A stretch of DNA of 64,000 bases from a virus (Duplodnaviria > Caudoviricetes), in IMG/VR virus record IMGVR_UViG_3300035428_000130, positions 1 to 64,000 of that record; one strand, written 5' to 3'. The notes beneath the pieces were generated by a model. It saw only the letters and a list, made by a program, of their open reading frames with translations, made no database searches and was not told the origin of the DNA. The position numbers and the translations under genes were made by a program. Position 1 is the stretch's first letter. Every line of letters starts with the position of its first letter. Below, piece after piece: positions 39,264 to 49,439 of the stretch.

Positions 39264-40466
39264 TTATACAATTCTCTCTGCAACTACTTGGATGTCTGTC
39301 CGCTTTTCTCCCAAGCTAAGATACTTTACCTTTGCTGGAAGAGTACAATCCAATGTATCCTCAAAAGCCAGCTCATCCAAATGAGTTACCGCTAATACAT
39401 TTTTCATATTGCTGAAGTCATTTGCTAAGTATGCGGTATCCCTGAGCAATGAGGCTCTAAAAAGTTCCATATCAAAACGACCATATCGAAGTTCACCTTG
39501 AAACTCATTCTTTCGGTTTGTCTGATCCGCCGCTTCAATACCCAAATCGCTTTTGCTACACTCGCTGGGAAATGGCCCATTGCCATGACGTGTAAAATAG
39601 GAGCGAGTCACATAGCAAACCTCAATATCCGCATCTGAATAATGAGCGGCCAGCAGAATGTTCTTGGGATTATCGGAACCTGTTTTTGAAGTAGTCAAAT
39701 ATGGGGCGAAAGGCTTGTTATCCATATCCAAAAGAAGCCCCTGTGCCCCTTCAAAAACCAAATGGTCATAGATGTTCAAGACGCTATCGTCAGCCATTCT
39801 GCAATAGCTAAGCATCTCGTGAAGCTGGTCAATCCACCTATATAAAAGCACATCACTATGGATACGCTCATAATCTTCCATAGATAGATTTGTTACCCCG
39901 TGTTCCTTCAATCTTGCTGGCACATACCGCTTGCGAATATCCATCAAAATGAGATCCAGCGGAGTAGATAAAATTTTCTTGGCCGAAAGTAAATTGCGCT
40001 GCGGATATCCAAACATCAGAGAGTGGTATCGCACTACTGTTTCATTGATACCTAATCCACAGCTCCCATGCCGATTATCACCAAGAGAATTCTCAGCGAT
40101 TTGATTGACAAGCATATCATAAGGTGTCGTAATTCGGCAGTTGGGATGAATGTATACACGGGGAGTCAAGTTAAACTGCTTTTTTAAGGCTTCCAGTTCT
40201 TTGCAAAAGAGAATTGGGTTGAGGATGAAGTCTTCAGAAAGATAGGTAGCGACATGGGGATTGAAACTTCCCGCCCCAAAATGACTGAACACATGCCGTT
40301 TGCCATCTGGTGTAACTACGGTGTGGCCCGCCTGTGCGCCGCCATTGTGCCGAATATTCAGCACACTTCCGTTTGCAGAAAGTTCATTACAGAAATAGTC
40401 GGTCATCAGCCCTTTGCCCTCATCTCCGAAGTTTGCGCCAATTACCACCTTTATCTGCTTTTCCAT
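39264..40466 (-). CDS. Adenylosuccinate synthetase homolog (PurA-like)
   Basis: GANFGDEGKG, GGAQAGHT, GSCGLG, EGAQG, TRHGNGPF. Confidence 0.88.
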   Translation of the reverse strand: MEKQIKVVIGANFGDEGKGLMTDYFCNELSANGSVLNIRHNGGAQAGHTVVTPDGKRHVFSHFGAGSFNPHVATYLSEDFILNPILFCKELEALKKQFNLTPRVYIHPNCRITTPYDMLVNQIAENSLGDNRHGSCGLGINETVVRYHSLMFGYPQRNLLSAKKILSTPLDLILMDIRKRYVPARLKEHGVTNLSMEDYERIHSDVLLYRWIDQLHEMLSYCRMADDSVLNIYDHLVFEGAQGLLLDMDNKPFAPYLTTSKTGSDNPKNILLAAHYSDADIEVCYVTRSYFTRHGNGPFPSECSKSDLGIEAADQTNRKNEFQGELRYGRFDMELFRASLLRDTAYLANDFSNMKNVLAVTHLDELAFEDTLDCTLPAKVKYLSLGEKRTDIQVVAERIV

Positions 40467-40490
40467 GTCGCTACCTCCTATAAAATTGAT

Positions 40491-41387
40491 TTAGAATTTT
40501 ACAAGGTCACTTTGGGCCGTTACACTCTTCAGCCCGCTCAAAGCATCCTTGACAACAATGGAAGTGGTGCCATCCCAGCTCGCTGCCACCTCATCAACAT
40601 CCTTGCCACCCATGGTTTCCAGGATGGAGACAATCACCTCAGGAATCTTTGTGTAGTCAGACACCTTGATTGCCCGCTCTCCCATCAGCTCACGCCACTT
40701 GTCCATTCGGCTGCTGTCTCCCCACCGATCCAGAATGAGATGGAAAACCTCATACTTACGGTTTACCTGAGCAAGCAGAGCCTCAACAGAAATATCCTCG
40801 GAAATCTCATCCCCGAAAATATCCTTAATCTCACGCTTGGTCAGCTTCTTCGGGAAACAATCGTCGCCCATAGTGAAAAGAAAGCCCTTCTTTCCACGTT
40901 TCTCAAAGCAGTCGATAGAAGTGTGATTTGCGGCGAAATACCAGGCCAGCGGATAACTCTCAAAACCATTACCACCGCCACCCTTCTCGAAGTAAAGCTT
41001 GGTAAGCTGCTCCGCAATGCGGATGTCGGACTCAAACTGCGTCACCTGGAATGGGGAGCCGTCACACATTGCGTCCCCAATGGCATTGAACATAATCTGA
41101 GGATCAGGAATTGGCTTGCGATTAAGCACCTCCGTTACAAGGACATTCAGCTTTTTCGCAACACCCTCCAGAATGTCAGACATAGAGCCAGTCACATCTA
41201 AGCCGATGATGATTGCATTGCTCTCGGGATGATCCGCGCCGTCACGGCTCTCCCGCATGGTGACATTCAGAGGATCGAACTCATTCGCCGTAGAACGGCT
41301 GGTATAAATGCCAGCGGCAGATTTACCGCTGATAGAAGACCGAGAATAGCTGTCCCAGTCATGAGAAGTCCAAGAACCACTGCCCAT
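40491..41387 (-). CDS. vWA domain protein
   Basis: DVTGSM MIDAS motif, IGD, GGGGN.ESY, MGD. Confidence 0.85.
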   Translation of the reverse strand: MGSGSWTSHDWDSYSRSSISGKSAAGIYTSRSTANEFDPLNVTMRESRDGADHPESNAIIIGLDVTGSMSDILEGVAKKLNVLVTEVLNRKPIPDPQIMFNAIGDAMCDGSPFQVTQFESDIRIAEQLTKLYFEKGGGGNGFESYPLAWYFAANHTSIDCFEKRGKKGFLFTMGDDCFPKKLTKREIKDIFGDEISEDISVEALLAQVNRKYEVFHLILDRWGDSSRMDKWRELMGERAIKVSDYTKIPEVIVSILETMGGKDVDEVAASWDGTTSIVVKDALSGLKSVTAQSDLVKF

Positions 41388-41407
41388 AAGTAAAACCTCC
41401 TTATTAC

Positions 41408-42418
41408 TTACCGATAAATGTCGGATTTGCTAACTATCATTTCAATGAATTTGCGTTCTCCATATGCCTTATCCAATGTGGTATTCCATTTGGAGAAATC
41501 TTCTTTTGCCTTTGAAGAAGCACCTGCTTCCAAAAACTCTTTCACAGCCATAGGAGTTGTACCCATATCAGAAATTTGCCGTCCAATCTGCTTTGCCGCT
41601 TCTAAGTCTGTACCGATTGCGGCAATCTTGTCGCTCTTCGCTTTGATTGGCATTACATCATAGACTGCTTTGGGAACTCCTAACAACCGCTCACCCTGTG
41701 GCATAGCGTACCACCAGCCGCCTAAAGGAAGAAGCGTATGATACTGAGGGGAGATAAGGCAGTTTTGCACCACCAGCCCATTATGAGAGATGCCAAGATA
41801 ATCAAAGAAACAACATAAATTACACAAGCGGCTGATTATCCAGGCGACATGTCGATCTGGGATATGCCCGCCATAATAATCCAGCACGTCAGATAAAAGG
41901 AAGACATCTGGCGTTTTATCAAGGATTAGACAGAAACGGTCATCACTCGTCTTGAATGAGTATTTAACTTTTGGCAATAACCGTGAAAACTCTTTTTCCA
42001 TGTTGGCATTTGCATACCGTAGCCCTTTGATTTGCCTTAACGCATTCTCAAAAAATGAGACATGTTCTTTATCAAAAAGATATGTCAATGACAAATCGGC
42101 AATATACGCAGTGCCTAACTCAAACGGAAATGACTTCAAATACCGTGTGGAATATTTGCGTCCAGCATTGTCCCTAATCTCGAAAAGATTACTTACTTCC
42201 CACTCTCCTTTTTCAAGTAGAGCAATAGCTGCCTCATGTAGTTCATTGAGCTTTGCAAAAACCTTGCTTGCGTTTGGTAATGTACATATGTCAGGGTGAT
42301 ACGCTCTTGCCATCTGGCGATACTCAGCCTTTACAACTTTTTCATCACCCTGGCTAAAAATATCGCCGCACTTGCTGGCATTTAAGATTTCATCAGCCGT
42401 CTTTATCTTGACCACCAT
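41408..42418 (-). CDS. J-domain-like N-terminus + kinase-like domain
   Basis: YRQMARAYHPD; HVAWIISRL...ISHNGL..NCLI. Confidence 0.65.
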   Translation of the reverse strand: MVVKIKTADEILNASKCGDIFSQGDEKVVKAEYRQMARAYHPDICTLPNASKVFAKLNELHEAAIALLEKGEWEVSNLFEIRDNAGRKYSTRYLKSFPFELGTAYIADLSLTYLFDKEHVSFFENALRQIKGLRYANANMEKEFSRLLPKVKYSFKTSDDRFCLILDKTPDVFLLSDVLDYYGGHIPDRHVAWIISRLCNLCCFFDYLGISHNGLVVQNCLISPQYHTLLPLGGWWYAMPQGERLLGVPKAVYDVMPIKAKSDKIAAIGTDLEAAKQIGRQISDMGTTPMAVKEFLEAGASSKAKEDFSKWNTTLDKAYGERKFIEMIVSKSDIYR

Positions 42419-42716
42419 CTTTCTGTTTTTGAATCTGGTCTGCCAACTTACAGAGTTTTTGCGGAAGGTCGATTATGGTAATCAGCTTGTTTCCACGAAA
42501 CAGATAAACGTGGTGATGATACACTCTCATATTATTAGCATTACCATTTGACAGATAGAGCTTGTCAAGAAATCTGCGGAGGCTGCTTTTGGTATCAGCG
42601 TGAGTGATCCCAAATTCCAGCGCCTTTTGTGCATTTTTGTCGGCCAGCTTTTTGCTTAATCCAAGACGATCTTTTGTGCGTTTGACACTGTGTTCTGTTA
42701 CAATTACTTCTGCCAT
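42393..42716 (-). CDS. Hypothetical protein
   Basis: VTEHS..R.KDR pattern; AGGAGG RBS. Confidence 0.6.
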   Translation of the reverse strand: MAEVIVTEHSVKRTKDRLGLSKKLADKNAQKALEFGITHADTKSSLRRFLDKLYLSNGNANNMRVYHHHVYLFRGNKLITIIDLPQKLCKLADQIQKQKDGGQDKDG

Positions 42717-42736
42717 GCACCACCCTCCTTTCTATC

Positions 42737-42759
42737 GGGAGGGGCATAACGCCCCTCCC
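42737..42759 (-). terminator. GC-rich hairpin after the ABC/OmpA operon
   Basis: GGGAGGGGC-ATAAC-GCCCCTCCC; no strong U-tract. Confidence 0.5.
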
Positions 42760-42774
42760 TTATAAATGGTGTGT

Positions 42775-44624
42775 TTACTCTTCGATAATCTTGAAGAACA
42801 CGTCAGTCCTACGATTGAGGTATGCGTCGGGTGCGGCAGGATCAGTCACCATGGCGGTATTGCCGTTACCCACAGTGATAATACGGTTCGGATCAATGCC
42901 GCAGGAGATGAAATACTTTGCGACGGCCTTGGCTCGCTCCAAAGAAAGCGCCTGTCCAGACTCAGAGTAGTTTCTGGCATTGATATTGCCCTCAACCTGG
43001 ATAATCGCACCATCCAGAGTATTGGCAATGGAAACGAACTCGTCCATAATGGCATACGCCTCGTCAGGATTCTTAAACTGAGCCATGTCACCAAGGAACT
43101 CCACCGTCATAGACTTGGTGAGCAGCGCCTCATAGTCGATGATGTTTGCTTTCTGTTCCTCTGTCAGCTCCACAGCGGCGGGCTTGGATGTTGCAGAAGA
43201 ATATTTGCTCGCCAACGGAAGGATGTACTGATTGTCAAAGAGCGTCATGGCCGCTTTACGATTGACTGTCTCCCCGATAGACTCCCAAATCCCGCACATA
43301 TCATTGAAGACAGAGGGGGCGGTGCTATCAAGTACCTCTTTGTTCTCGGCGTAGCCCATCATTTCGGCATCGCCACACTGCGCCTTGATATCCTCATCGG
43401 AAACGCCAGCGAACATAGGCATGACCTCACGGATATAATCGAACTCAGTGATGTACATGTCGTTTGCCTGGAAAACACCATCCGCAAAGGCGGTGATTAC
43501 ATCGGGATGTGCCTCAGCGAAATCCTTACGGAACACGATACCGTCCATAATCAGGCTCTTAGAAGCCGTGGTAGAGAACATGATGTGAGAATCGGAGCTA
43601 TCAGCGGCGTAGGAAAGATAGGGCTGCCATGTTGCCGCTACATCAAGCTCTCCGGCGAAGAATGTCAGCGCCGATGCGGTTTTGTAGTTTTTCGGCGAAC
43701 AGAAAATGTCGAAAAATGGCGGGTAAAGGTGTACAGCCTTTGAATAATTATACTTGCCGTTTTCGCCCGTCAAGCCTGAAGCAAGCTGATAAATCAGGGC
43801 TTGACGGGCTTCAAACCGGCAAGTGATGTGGTGTATAAGGCTGTATAACACCTGTATGCTGCCCTGTAAAAAACGACATCCCATTTCGGCGAAAATCGAC
43901 ATTTTGAAATGGCGTTGACAAAGAACGCTTCGCCCGTCTCAGATGCGTCCTCAAACAAAATCATGTTGTTGATGATCTCATTCTTCTCAGCGTCGCTCAG
44001 ATCAGACTTATTCACGAACCAAATCACAAGAGTTTGTGCCTCGCTGAAACGGGGAACACCGATCCGCTTGCCGATGAGATCATTCACGGTGTTGATACCT
44101 GTCTTAGCGACGATACCGTCGCCGCCAGCGGAGTAGTTGGTAAACACGGGCATAACCACATCCAGGCCAGCCTCATTGAACTTACCAGACAAGAACGCCG
44201 CACGATTGGTCGTATAACCTGCCGCATTCAGCTCACCAGCAATCAAGGCATTACTGCTTGCGGTGCCATCATTGATAATGCTGATGTTGACCGTAAGGCC
44301 AAGCTTGTCAAAGATAGATCCAGGCTGGGTAGTCAAGCCCTGGTTGGCATCAATGATGGGCTTCCAACCTACCCACTCGTCCAGAGACAGGTTAATAACT
44401 GGACTGCTGGTGTCTGTCTTGGTGGCTGGAGTCGTGGGCTTGTCGGAGTCAGACGGCTTCTGAGTGGTGGTGCTGCCAGGGGTAGTTGTCTGAGCGGGCC
44501 TGTTCGTATCAGCAAAATTGTTGCGATAGAAATGGTAGCCCAGGCCACCAGCGCCAGCAAGGAGTGCAAGGATGAGAACGAACAGCACCACACGGCCAGC
44601 GGTTGTCAACTTTCTTCTTTTCAT
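42775..44624 (-). pseudogene. ABC substrate-binding (NMT1/SsuA-like) + OmpA-like domain protein, interrupted by a MITE
   Basis: Removing 43663-43920 plus one TTCTT restores ...GEAFFAGELDVAATWQPY (528 aa); C-terminal LSLERAKAV...NRRTD. Confidence 0.88.
43663..43920. mobile_element. 258-bp non-autonomous IS21-like MITE
   Basis: Ends TGTCAGCGCC / GGCGTTGACA, 5-bp AAGAA duplication (43658-43662, 43921-43925), subterminal AAAATGTCG repeats. Confidence 0.85.
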
Positions 44625-44630
44625 GATTGA

Positions 44631-45446
44631 TTACTTCCTCTCTTCTGTAATTTTTGTTCTTGGAATTTGATATGCGATACCAGAGCTGGCGGCGCTCAAA
44701 GCGGGTTTTGTACCATATTTCGCCGCCAAAGACTCCAGGTAAGCATCAGACTGAGCTTTCGCCGCATTCTTCTCTGCGACAGACATTTTTGTGGAAGAGC
44801 GGGAGGCGTGAACAACAATTGCGCCATCTACCTCTTTCCGAAGATCCTCTGCTCCCTCATGCACAGCACCAAGGAGCTTATCGGTAGCAGAATCCCTACG
44901 TAGCTCATCCAGATCGCCAAGCAGATCCTTCATGTTTCCACGGAGCTTCAGTTCCTCGACAGTCATTCGGCTCTGCTTTTTCAGCTCGCGGAGCTTCTTG
45001 TCATAAGCCTCATATACTGTCTTCGCTTCTTGCACCATCGGAGCAAGCTCCTGAAGGTAGCTTTGCTTTTGCTGGATCTCAAACAAAATTTCCTCTCTTC
45101 GTGCGGAATAAACTGCGGCATCCTGCATGTTGCGGGCTTTTACCAGGGCTTCACATTTGCCCTCAACATTTTTCAAATCTGCCTGCAAAGTAGTGATTGC
45201 CTTTTGTACAGAAGACATTTCACCAACAAAGCGATTCAACGTATCTCCCGCTTTGTTATAACGCTCCTGTACTTCCTCGATTGCCTGTTGGAAGACGGCC
45301 TTTGCACCTTCCGGTGTTTTAGCCATATCCTCAACAAAAATATTGAGGAAACCACCAACAAGAACTTTAAGCTTATCCCGCACACCAGGAAAAATGATTA
45401 GCGCAAGGATAAATACAACCGCCAGTGCGCCAACTGCGATACCCAT
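44631..45446 (-). CDS. PspA/IM30-like coiled-coil protein with N-terminal TM
   Basis: TM segment, then long heptad coiled coil starting TPEGA..VFQQAIEE. Confidence 0.65.
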   Translation of the reverse strand: MGIAVGALAVVFILALIIFPGVRDKLKVLVGGFLNIFVEDMAKTPEGAKAVFQQAIEEVQERYNKAGDTLNRFVGEMSSVQKAITTLQADLKNVEGKCEALVKARNMQDAAVYSARREEILFEIQQKQSYLQELAPMVQEAKTVYEAYDKKLRELKKQSRMTVEELKLRGNMKDLLGDLDELRRDSATDKLLGAVHEGAEDLRKEVDGAIVVHASRSSTKMSVAEKNAAKAQSDAYLESLAAKYGTKPALSAASSGIAYQIPRTKITEERK

Positions 45447-46006
45447 TAACTTTCCCCCTCAGTAGTACCGGCAATGCCGTCTGCAAAATTCAAAAGCTGT
45501 GTGATGGAGTTGATTTCCTCTGTGATTGCGGCATTGGCCTCAGCGGTTTTTCGTTTGGAGTCCGCAATCTTTGTTTCTGCCGCCTCAATCATAGACTTGA
45601 GGTGCTCAATGTCCGCCTCCGCCTCGCTGATGATGCTGTCATTTTCATCCTTGATACTTTGGGCAGCAGCTTCCAGTACATTGATACGTCCGCCGCCATC
45701 ATTGATAAGGTCGTGGACGTTAATGCCATTCACAGTGAGAATACCTGCAATAGAGGCTTGTTTCTTCGCGTTTGTCATCTCGGGCGGAAGGATGTCGATA
45801 TACGCCTTGATTTTGAAAATTGAGTGTGTGTCTTCAACTCCGCCCTGCTGGTAGACTGAATGAATAACATCCTCATAAGACACTTGCGAAGCGTCAATTT
45901 CGGGTGCATCTTCTGGCTCTACCGCTGGAACAAGGTTGCCCAAAGGAGTCACCAATGGAACTTCCTCAGTCCGAACAAGACCCATCTTTTCGAGAATTCC
46001 TGCCAC
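45446..46006 (-). CDS. Coiled-coil hypothetical protein
   Basis: Operon member. Confidence 0.7.
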   Translation of the reverse strand: MAGILEKMGLVRTEEVPLVTPLGNLVPAVEPEDAPEIDASQVSYEDVIHSVYQQGGVEDTHSIFKIKAYIDILPPEMTNAKKQASIAGILTVNGINVHDLINDGGGRINVLEAAAQSIKDENDSIISEAEADIEHLKSMIEAAETKIADSKRKTAEANAAITEEINSITQLLNFADGIAGTTEGES

Positions 46007-46630
46007 TTAGTTCCCTCCAATTCTAATTATTTGATCGCACATTTTAGAAGCTTCATCTTGGCTGTGCGTAACCATTAGGATAGTGTTTTGGGTTTTGCGA
46101 TGTATGTCAAGGATAAGACTTTGCATTTCGCTCCGTGTCTTATCGTCCAGAGCAGAAAGCGGCTCATCCATTAAGAGGTATTTAGGCTTGACATATAGCG
46201 TCCTTGCAAGTGCAAGCCTTTGCTGCATACCGCCCGAAAGCTGTGACGGCCATTTATCTTTGCAGCTATCCAATCCCACTTGGCAAAGTGCTAAATAGGC
46301 ATCAGCACGACTTTCATCTGTATACCGTTTTCGCTTATCACGCTGAGCAATTAGCACATTCTCCAAACAGGTAAGCCAGTTAAAATTACAATATCGTTGG
46401 TGCATCATATAAACTGGATTGCGCCTGGAAGTGCGATAATGAACACCGTCGATACTGACATGACCTTTAACTGGCGGGAGCAACCCCGCGATGGTTTTAA
46501 GTAATGTGGTTTTTCCCGCACCTGACTTTGCTAAAATGCCATACACTTTCCCGTCTTCAAAAGACAAGTTGAGATCATCAACAATTGCTACTCCGCCATA
46601 TCCGATAGAAAGATTATTCAACTGTATCAT
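46007..46630 (-). CDS. ABC transporter ATPase (TauB/SsuB-like)
   Basis: SGAGKTT, LSGGMQQR, LLMDEP, VTH. Confidence 0.93.
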   Translation of the reverse strand: MIQLNNLSIGYGGVAIVDDLNLSFEDGKVYGILAKSGAGKTTLLKTIAGLLPPVKGHVSIDGVHYRTSRRNPVYMMHQRYCNFNWLTCLENVLIAQRDKRKRYTDESRADAYLALCQVGLDSCKDKWPSQLSGGMQQRLALARTLYVKPKYLLMDEPLSALDDKTRSEMQSLILDIHRKTQNTILMVTHSQDEASKMCDQIIRIGGN

Positions 46631-47393
46631 TGCAAAACCTCCACTTAAATATCTTTCTGATTAGCGCTTTTCCAACCTTGTCAAACACATAGCTGAATAG
46701 CATAATCACAATAATTGCACCGAATACAACTGCGGTTTTGCCTCTTGCGGAGCTAACATTAATGATAAACCCAAGGCCATATTTAGCATTTGTGGCCTCT
46801 ACAACGGCGCAGTATGTCCACCCGATTCCATAGATGACAAGGAAGTTGTTACAGATGGAAGGTAGTGCCGCTGGTAAAAGAATTTCTTTGATTGTCTCCC
46901 AACTTGTCATGCCTATGGTTTTTCCTGTTTCCATTAAATCTGGCGGAACTTCATCAAAGCACAGCAGAACAGACGGTAGTAGATATACGAATGTCGCCAG
47001 GAAAAGAAATGATATTTTCATTTTTTCGCCAATGCCAAACCATAGAATCAACAGTGGCGAAAACGCTGTAACAGGCACATACCTCAAAAATGAAATTACA
47101 GGCATAATCGTTTCTTTTAGCGGCGCTATTCCATAGATAAGGAGAGCAAGTGGAACAGCAATTGCCATAGAGATAAACGATGCAGTCGTAATTCGCATGA
47201 ATGAATACAGCAACCCATTTGAAAGCTGACCTGTTTCAGCGAGTCCAATCACCGCTTTGAACACAGAGGCGGGAGATGGAATAAACATTGGCTTTGTAAA
47301 AAGCGATGCTATGTGCCAGACCGCCATAAAGCAGATAAGAAGCGTAATTCCACGGAAAAATTTCTTTGCCCTTTGGCCCACGCTATTCTTCAC
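46614..47393 (-). CDS. ABC transporter permease (TauC/SsuC-like)
   Basis: Multiple TM segments, PLLILWFGIGE, EAA-like loop. Confidence 0.9.
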   Translation of the reverse strand: MKNSVGQRAKKFFRGITLLICFMAVWHIASLFTKPMFIPSPASVFKAVIGLAETGQLSNGLLYSFMRITTASFISMAIAVPLALLIYGIAPLKETIMPVISFLRYVPVTAFSPLLILWFGIGEKMKISFLFLATFVYLLPSVLLCFDEVPPDLMETGKTIGMTSWETIKEILLPAALPSICNNFLVIYGIGWTYCAVVEATNAKYGLGFIINVSSARGKTAVVFGAIIVIMLFSYVFDKVGKALIRKIFKWRFCNDTVE

Positions 47394-47404
47394 ATAACAT
47401 CACC

Positions 47405-47677
47405 TCACAGTAAACTTTTCAGGCCATCAATAGCATTATTCATACCAGCGATACGGCCTTGAATGGATTCGATTGTTTCTTTTATTTCGCTCTTATCGTT
47501 TGGGATATAATATCCTTTGCCACAAGAGCAGATTGGATCGCCAGCGCTTCGAGCCTCGTTAATCAGTTTCCGAATGGACACTTGAGATATAGAGAAAGCT
47601 GTTGCAAGTTTACTTCCGCAAATTGGCGCTTTCTTTCCATTGGAATGTGCCATAATGTATTTGGTAATGAACTGCAT
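47405..47677 (-). CDS. Winged-HTH protein
   Basis: LATAFSISQVSIRKLINEAR..G.PICS..GYY. Confidence 0.7.
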   Translation of the reverse strand: MQFITKYIMAHSNGKKAPICGSKLATAFSISQVSIRKLINEARSAGDPICSCGKGYYIPNDKSEIKETIESIQGRIAGMNNAIDGLKSLL

Positions 47678-47699
47678 AACTACCCTCCCTTTAAGTGGA

Positions 47700-47723
47700 G
47701 CGGGCGGCGGTTAAGCCGCCCGC
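47700..47723 (-). terminator. Hairpin downstream of the DUF2828 gene
   Basis: GCGGGCGGC-GGTTAA-GCCGCCCGC. Confidence 0.55.
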
Positions 47724-47730
47724 CTTGCTT

Positions 47731-49308
47731 TTACAGATAGCTCAGAGCCTTGCCAATGGGCGCATACCGCTCACTGTTCAAAGTCTCCAGCAAGCACTCG
47801 TAGGGATCAGTCCTGCCGCTCATGACCATCTTGACGATGTTGGTGCTAAACCCGCTAACCAGGGCAACCCCCAAATCATTCTCGATGACAGGAATGGTGC
47901 CAGTACGGGAGTTGACGTTCCAGAACACCATTCTGGGAATCTGGTAGCCAGCCTCGGCGTAGCGCTTGGCAATCGTTTGGAACAGCTTGGCATTAGGACG
48001 ATTGCCGCCATAGCCGCCATAGCCATAACCACGACGAGCCGCACCACATGTAGCGCAACTGTCAAACTCCATATCAGAGATGATAAGGATGTTCTGGGGC
48101 AAGTCCTCCTGCGCCATATTGTTCTTGACCGCCGTAGAGAGAATCAGATCAAACACCGCCTCGATGTTGGTATTTGCCACCTCATTGTGCTGCAAGGCAA
48201 TCTGAATCTTCTCTCGAAGGTTCTTGCCGCTACTCAGATTGACAAGCTGAGGATGCTCGGAGAAGGTGATGTACTGATCCTTGAACTGGCCGGAAGAACG
48301 CTCAGCAAAGTAGATTGCCAGGGCATTAGCGACCTCCAGTGCGGTAGTAGAGGTGCCACCAACAGTGGTAGTCATACTGCCGCTTCCATCGGCCACAACA
48401 ATGGTATTGCCGCAGCCCTGTACCGTATCGGGGAGGGACTTCCATAGAGCCTCCAAGGTCTGATCCAGAGGCTTGAGACGGTCACGCCCCCAACCGTCGC
48501 CCATCATGTACTTACTCACAACATCGTGAGGATACAGAGTAGAGGCGTTGATCTTCACCTCGCCCTTTTCCAGAGCGGCCAGGAAAGCGCGACGGCGATC
48601 CTCGTCATTGCGCAGAAACGCATTGTTGTAAATCAGGTTCGCACGAGAGGGCACAGCCTCATACCTGATTGTATCCCAGGTGCGGGCGGACATTTTGCGC
48701 TCCACCACATCCAACTTCTTACGCAGACGAGAGAGTGTCTTGCGGTAATCCCGCTCAGTAACGCCAATATACTTGAAGATCTTCTTGGCGTATCGCTTGG
48801 TAGTGGGAGAGGACGCATTGGGAGAGGGGAGCCACTTCGCCAGAAGAGAGATGTTCTCGCCCTTGCTGGCTGCTTTCACATCCTCCACCAACTGCTTCTT
48901 GACCAGTGCCATCACATTGTCGGCCAGCTCCGTGTCCAGCAGGCTCCACAGGTCATCATATCTGCCGTACTCAGGCACCAGATTGATGAGAGGGATGATG
49001 TACTCGGGATTGGACACCGCCATCCGCTCAAACACAGAGCGGAACAACCGGCGCTCGCCCAAGCCACCACGTACATCGCGGGCGAAGAACAGCCACTTCA
49101 TGGCCGTTACCTTGTCCTCAAAGAACGCCCGCATAAAGCGGTCATAGATATCCTTGGGATTGGCCCGCCGCAGAGAAGCCACAGCGAAGTTGATATCCAA
49201 CAGTTCCTTGCCGGAGGTACGATAACCAACAGCGCCGTTCTCGGTGACAGACACGTTGAACTCATCGTTCAAAGTCCCCTTGACCGCAGACATAAAATTC
49301 TTGCTCAT
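47731..49308 (-). CDS. DUF2828 family TROVE/Ro60-like helical domain + vWA protein
   Basis: TENGA, RDVRGGLGER, YGRYDDL, AKWLP, VPSRA, DGSGSM MIDAS, ISDMEFD, FWNV, VSGFS. Confidence 0.88.
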   Translation of the reverse strand: MSKNFMSAVKGTLNDEFNVSVTENGAVGYRTSGKELLDINFAVASLRRANPKDIYDRFMRAFFEDKVTAMKWLFFARDVRGGLGERRLFRSVFERMAVSNPEYIIPLINLVPEYGRYDDLWSLLDTELADNVMALVKKQLVEDVKAASKGENISLLAKWLPSPNASSPTTKRYAKKIFKYIGVTERDYRKTLSRLRKKLDVVERKMSARTWDTIRYEAVPSRANLIYNNAFLRNDEDRRRAFLAALEKGEVKINASTLYPHDVVSKYMMGDGWGRDRLKPLDQTLEALWKSLPDTVQGCGNTIVVADGSGSMTTTVGGTSTTALEVANALAIYFAERSSGQFKDQYITFSEHPQLVNLSSGKNLREKIQIALQHNEVANTNIEAVFDLILSTAVKNNMAQEDLPQNILIISDMEFDSCATCGAARRGYGYGGYGGNRPNAKLFQTIAKRYAEAGYQIPRMVFWNVNSRTGTIPVIENDLGVALVSGFSTNIVKMVMSGRTDPYECLLETLNSERYAPIGKALSYL

Positions 49309-49327
49309 AAATGCTTCCTCCTTAAAA

Positions 49328-49344
49328 GTGAATTAGTTAATTTC
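49328..49344. promoter_or_regulatory. Repeated AT-rich motif, copy 6
   Basis: GTGAATTAGTTAATTTC upstream of the DUF2828 RBS. Confidence 0.65.
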
Positions 49345-49363
49345 TTTTGCTTTGCAAACTCCA

Positions 49364-49423
49364 AGACACTTTAGCTACCCATTCAGTATGAGTTTTGCTA
49401 ACTACTTTTTGCTGTATGTGTCC
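49364..49423 (-). ncRNA. ACAGCAA-module RNA A (stand-alone)
   Basis: GGACAC-AT-ACAGCAA ... GTGTCT closing stem; inner TTAGC/GCTAA and ACTCAT/ATGGGT stems. Confidence 0.7.
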
Positions 49424-49439
49424 CAGAGGAAGCGAAAAC

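Noticed and set aside
39264-40466. PurZ / 2-aminoadenine (Z-genome) pathway, suggested by the PurA-like gene plus HD and dNTP-diphosphohydrolase genes
   Set aside because: The P-loop is GDEGKG with the PurA Asp, not the Ser of PurZ. The genes are not clustered, and the phage carries several adenine MTases.
40254-49374. Long + strand ORFs (40254-41201, 42766-43743, 47695-48447, 48526-49374; also 63022-63825 and 8623-9309)
   Set aside because: They are antisense shadows of well-supported - strand genes with biased codon usage, and show no recognisable motifs.
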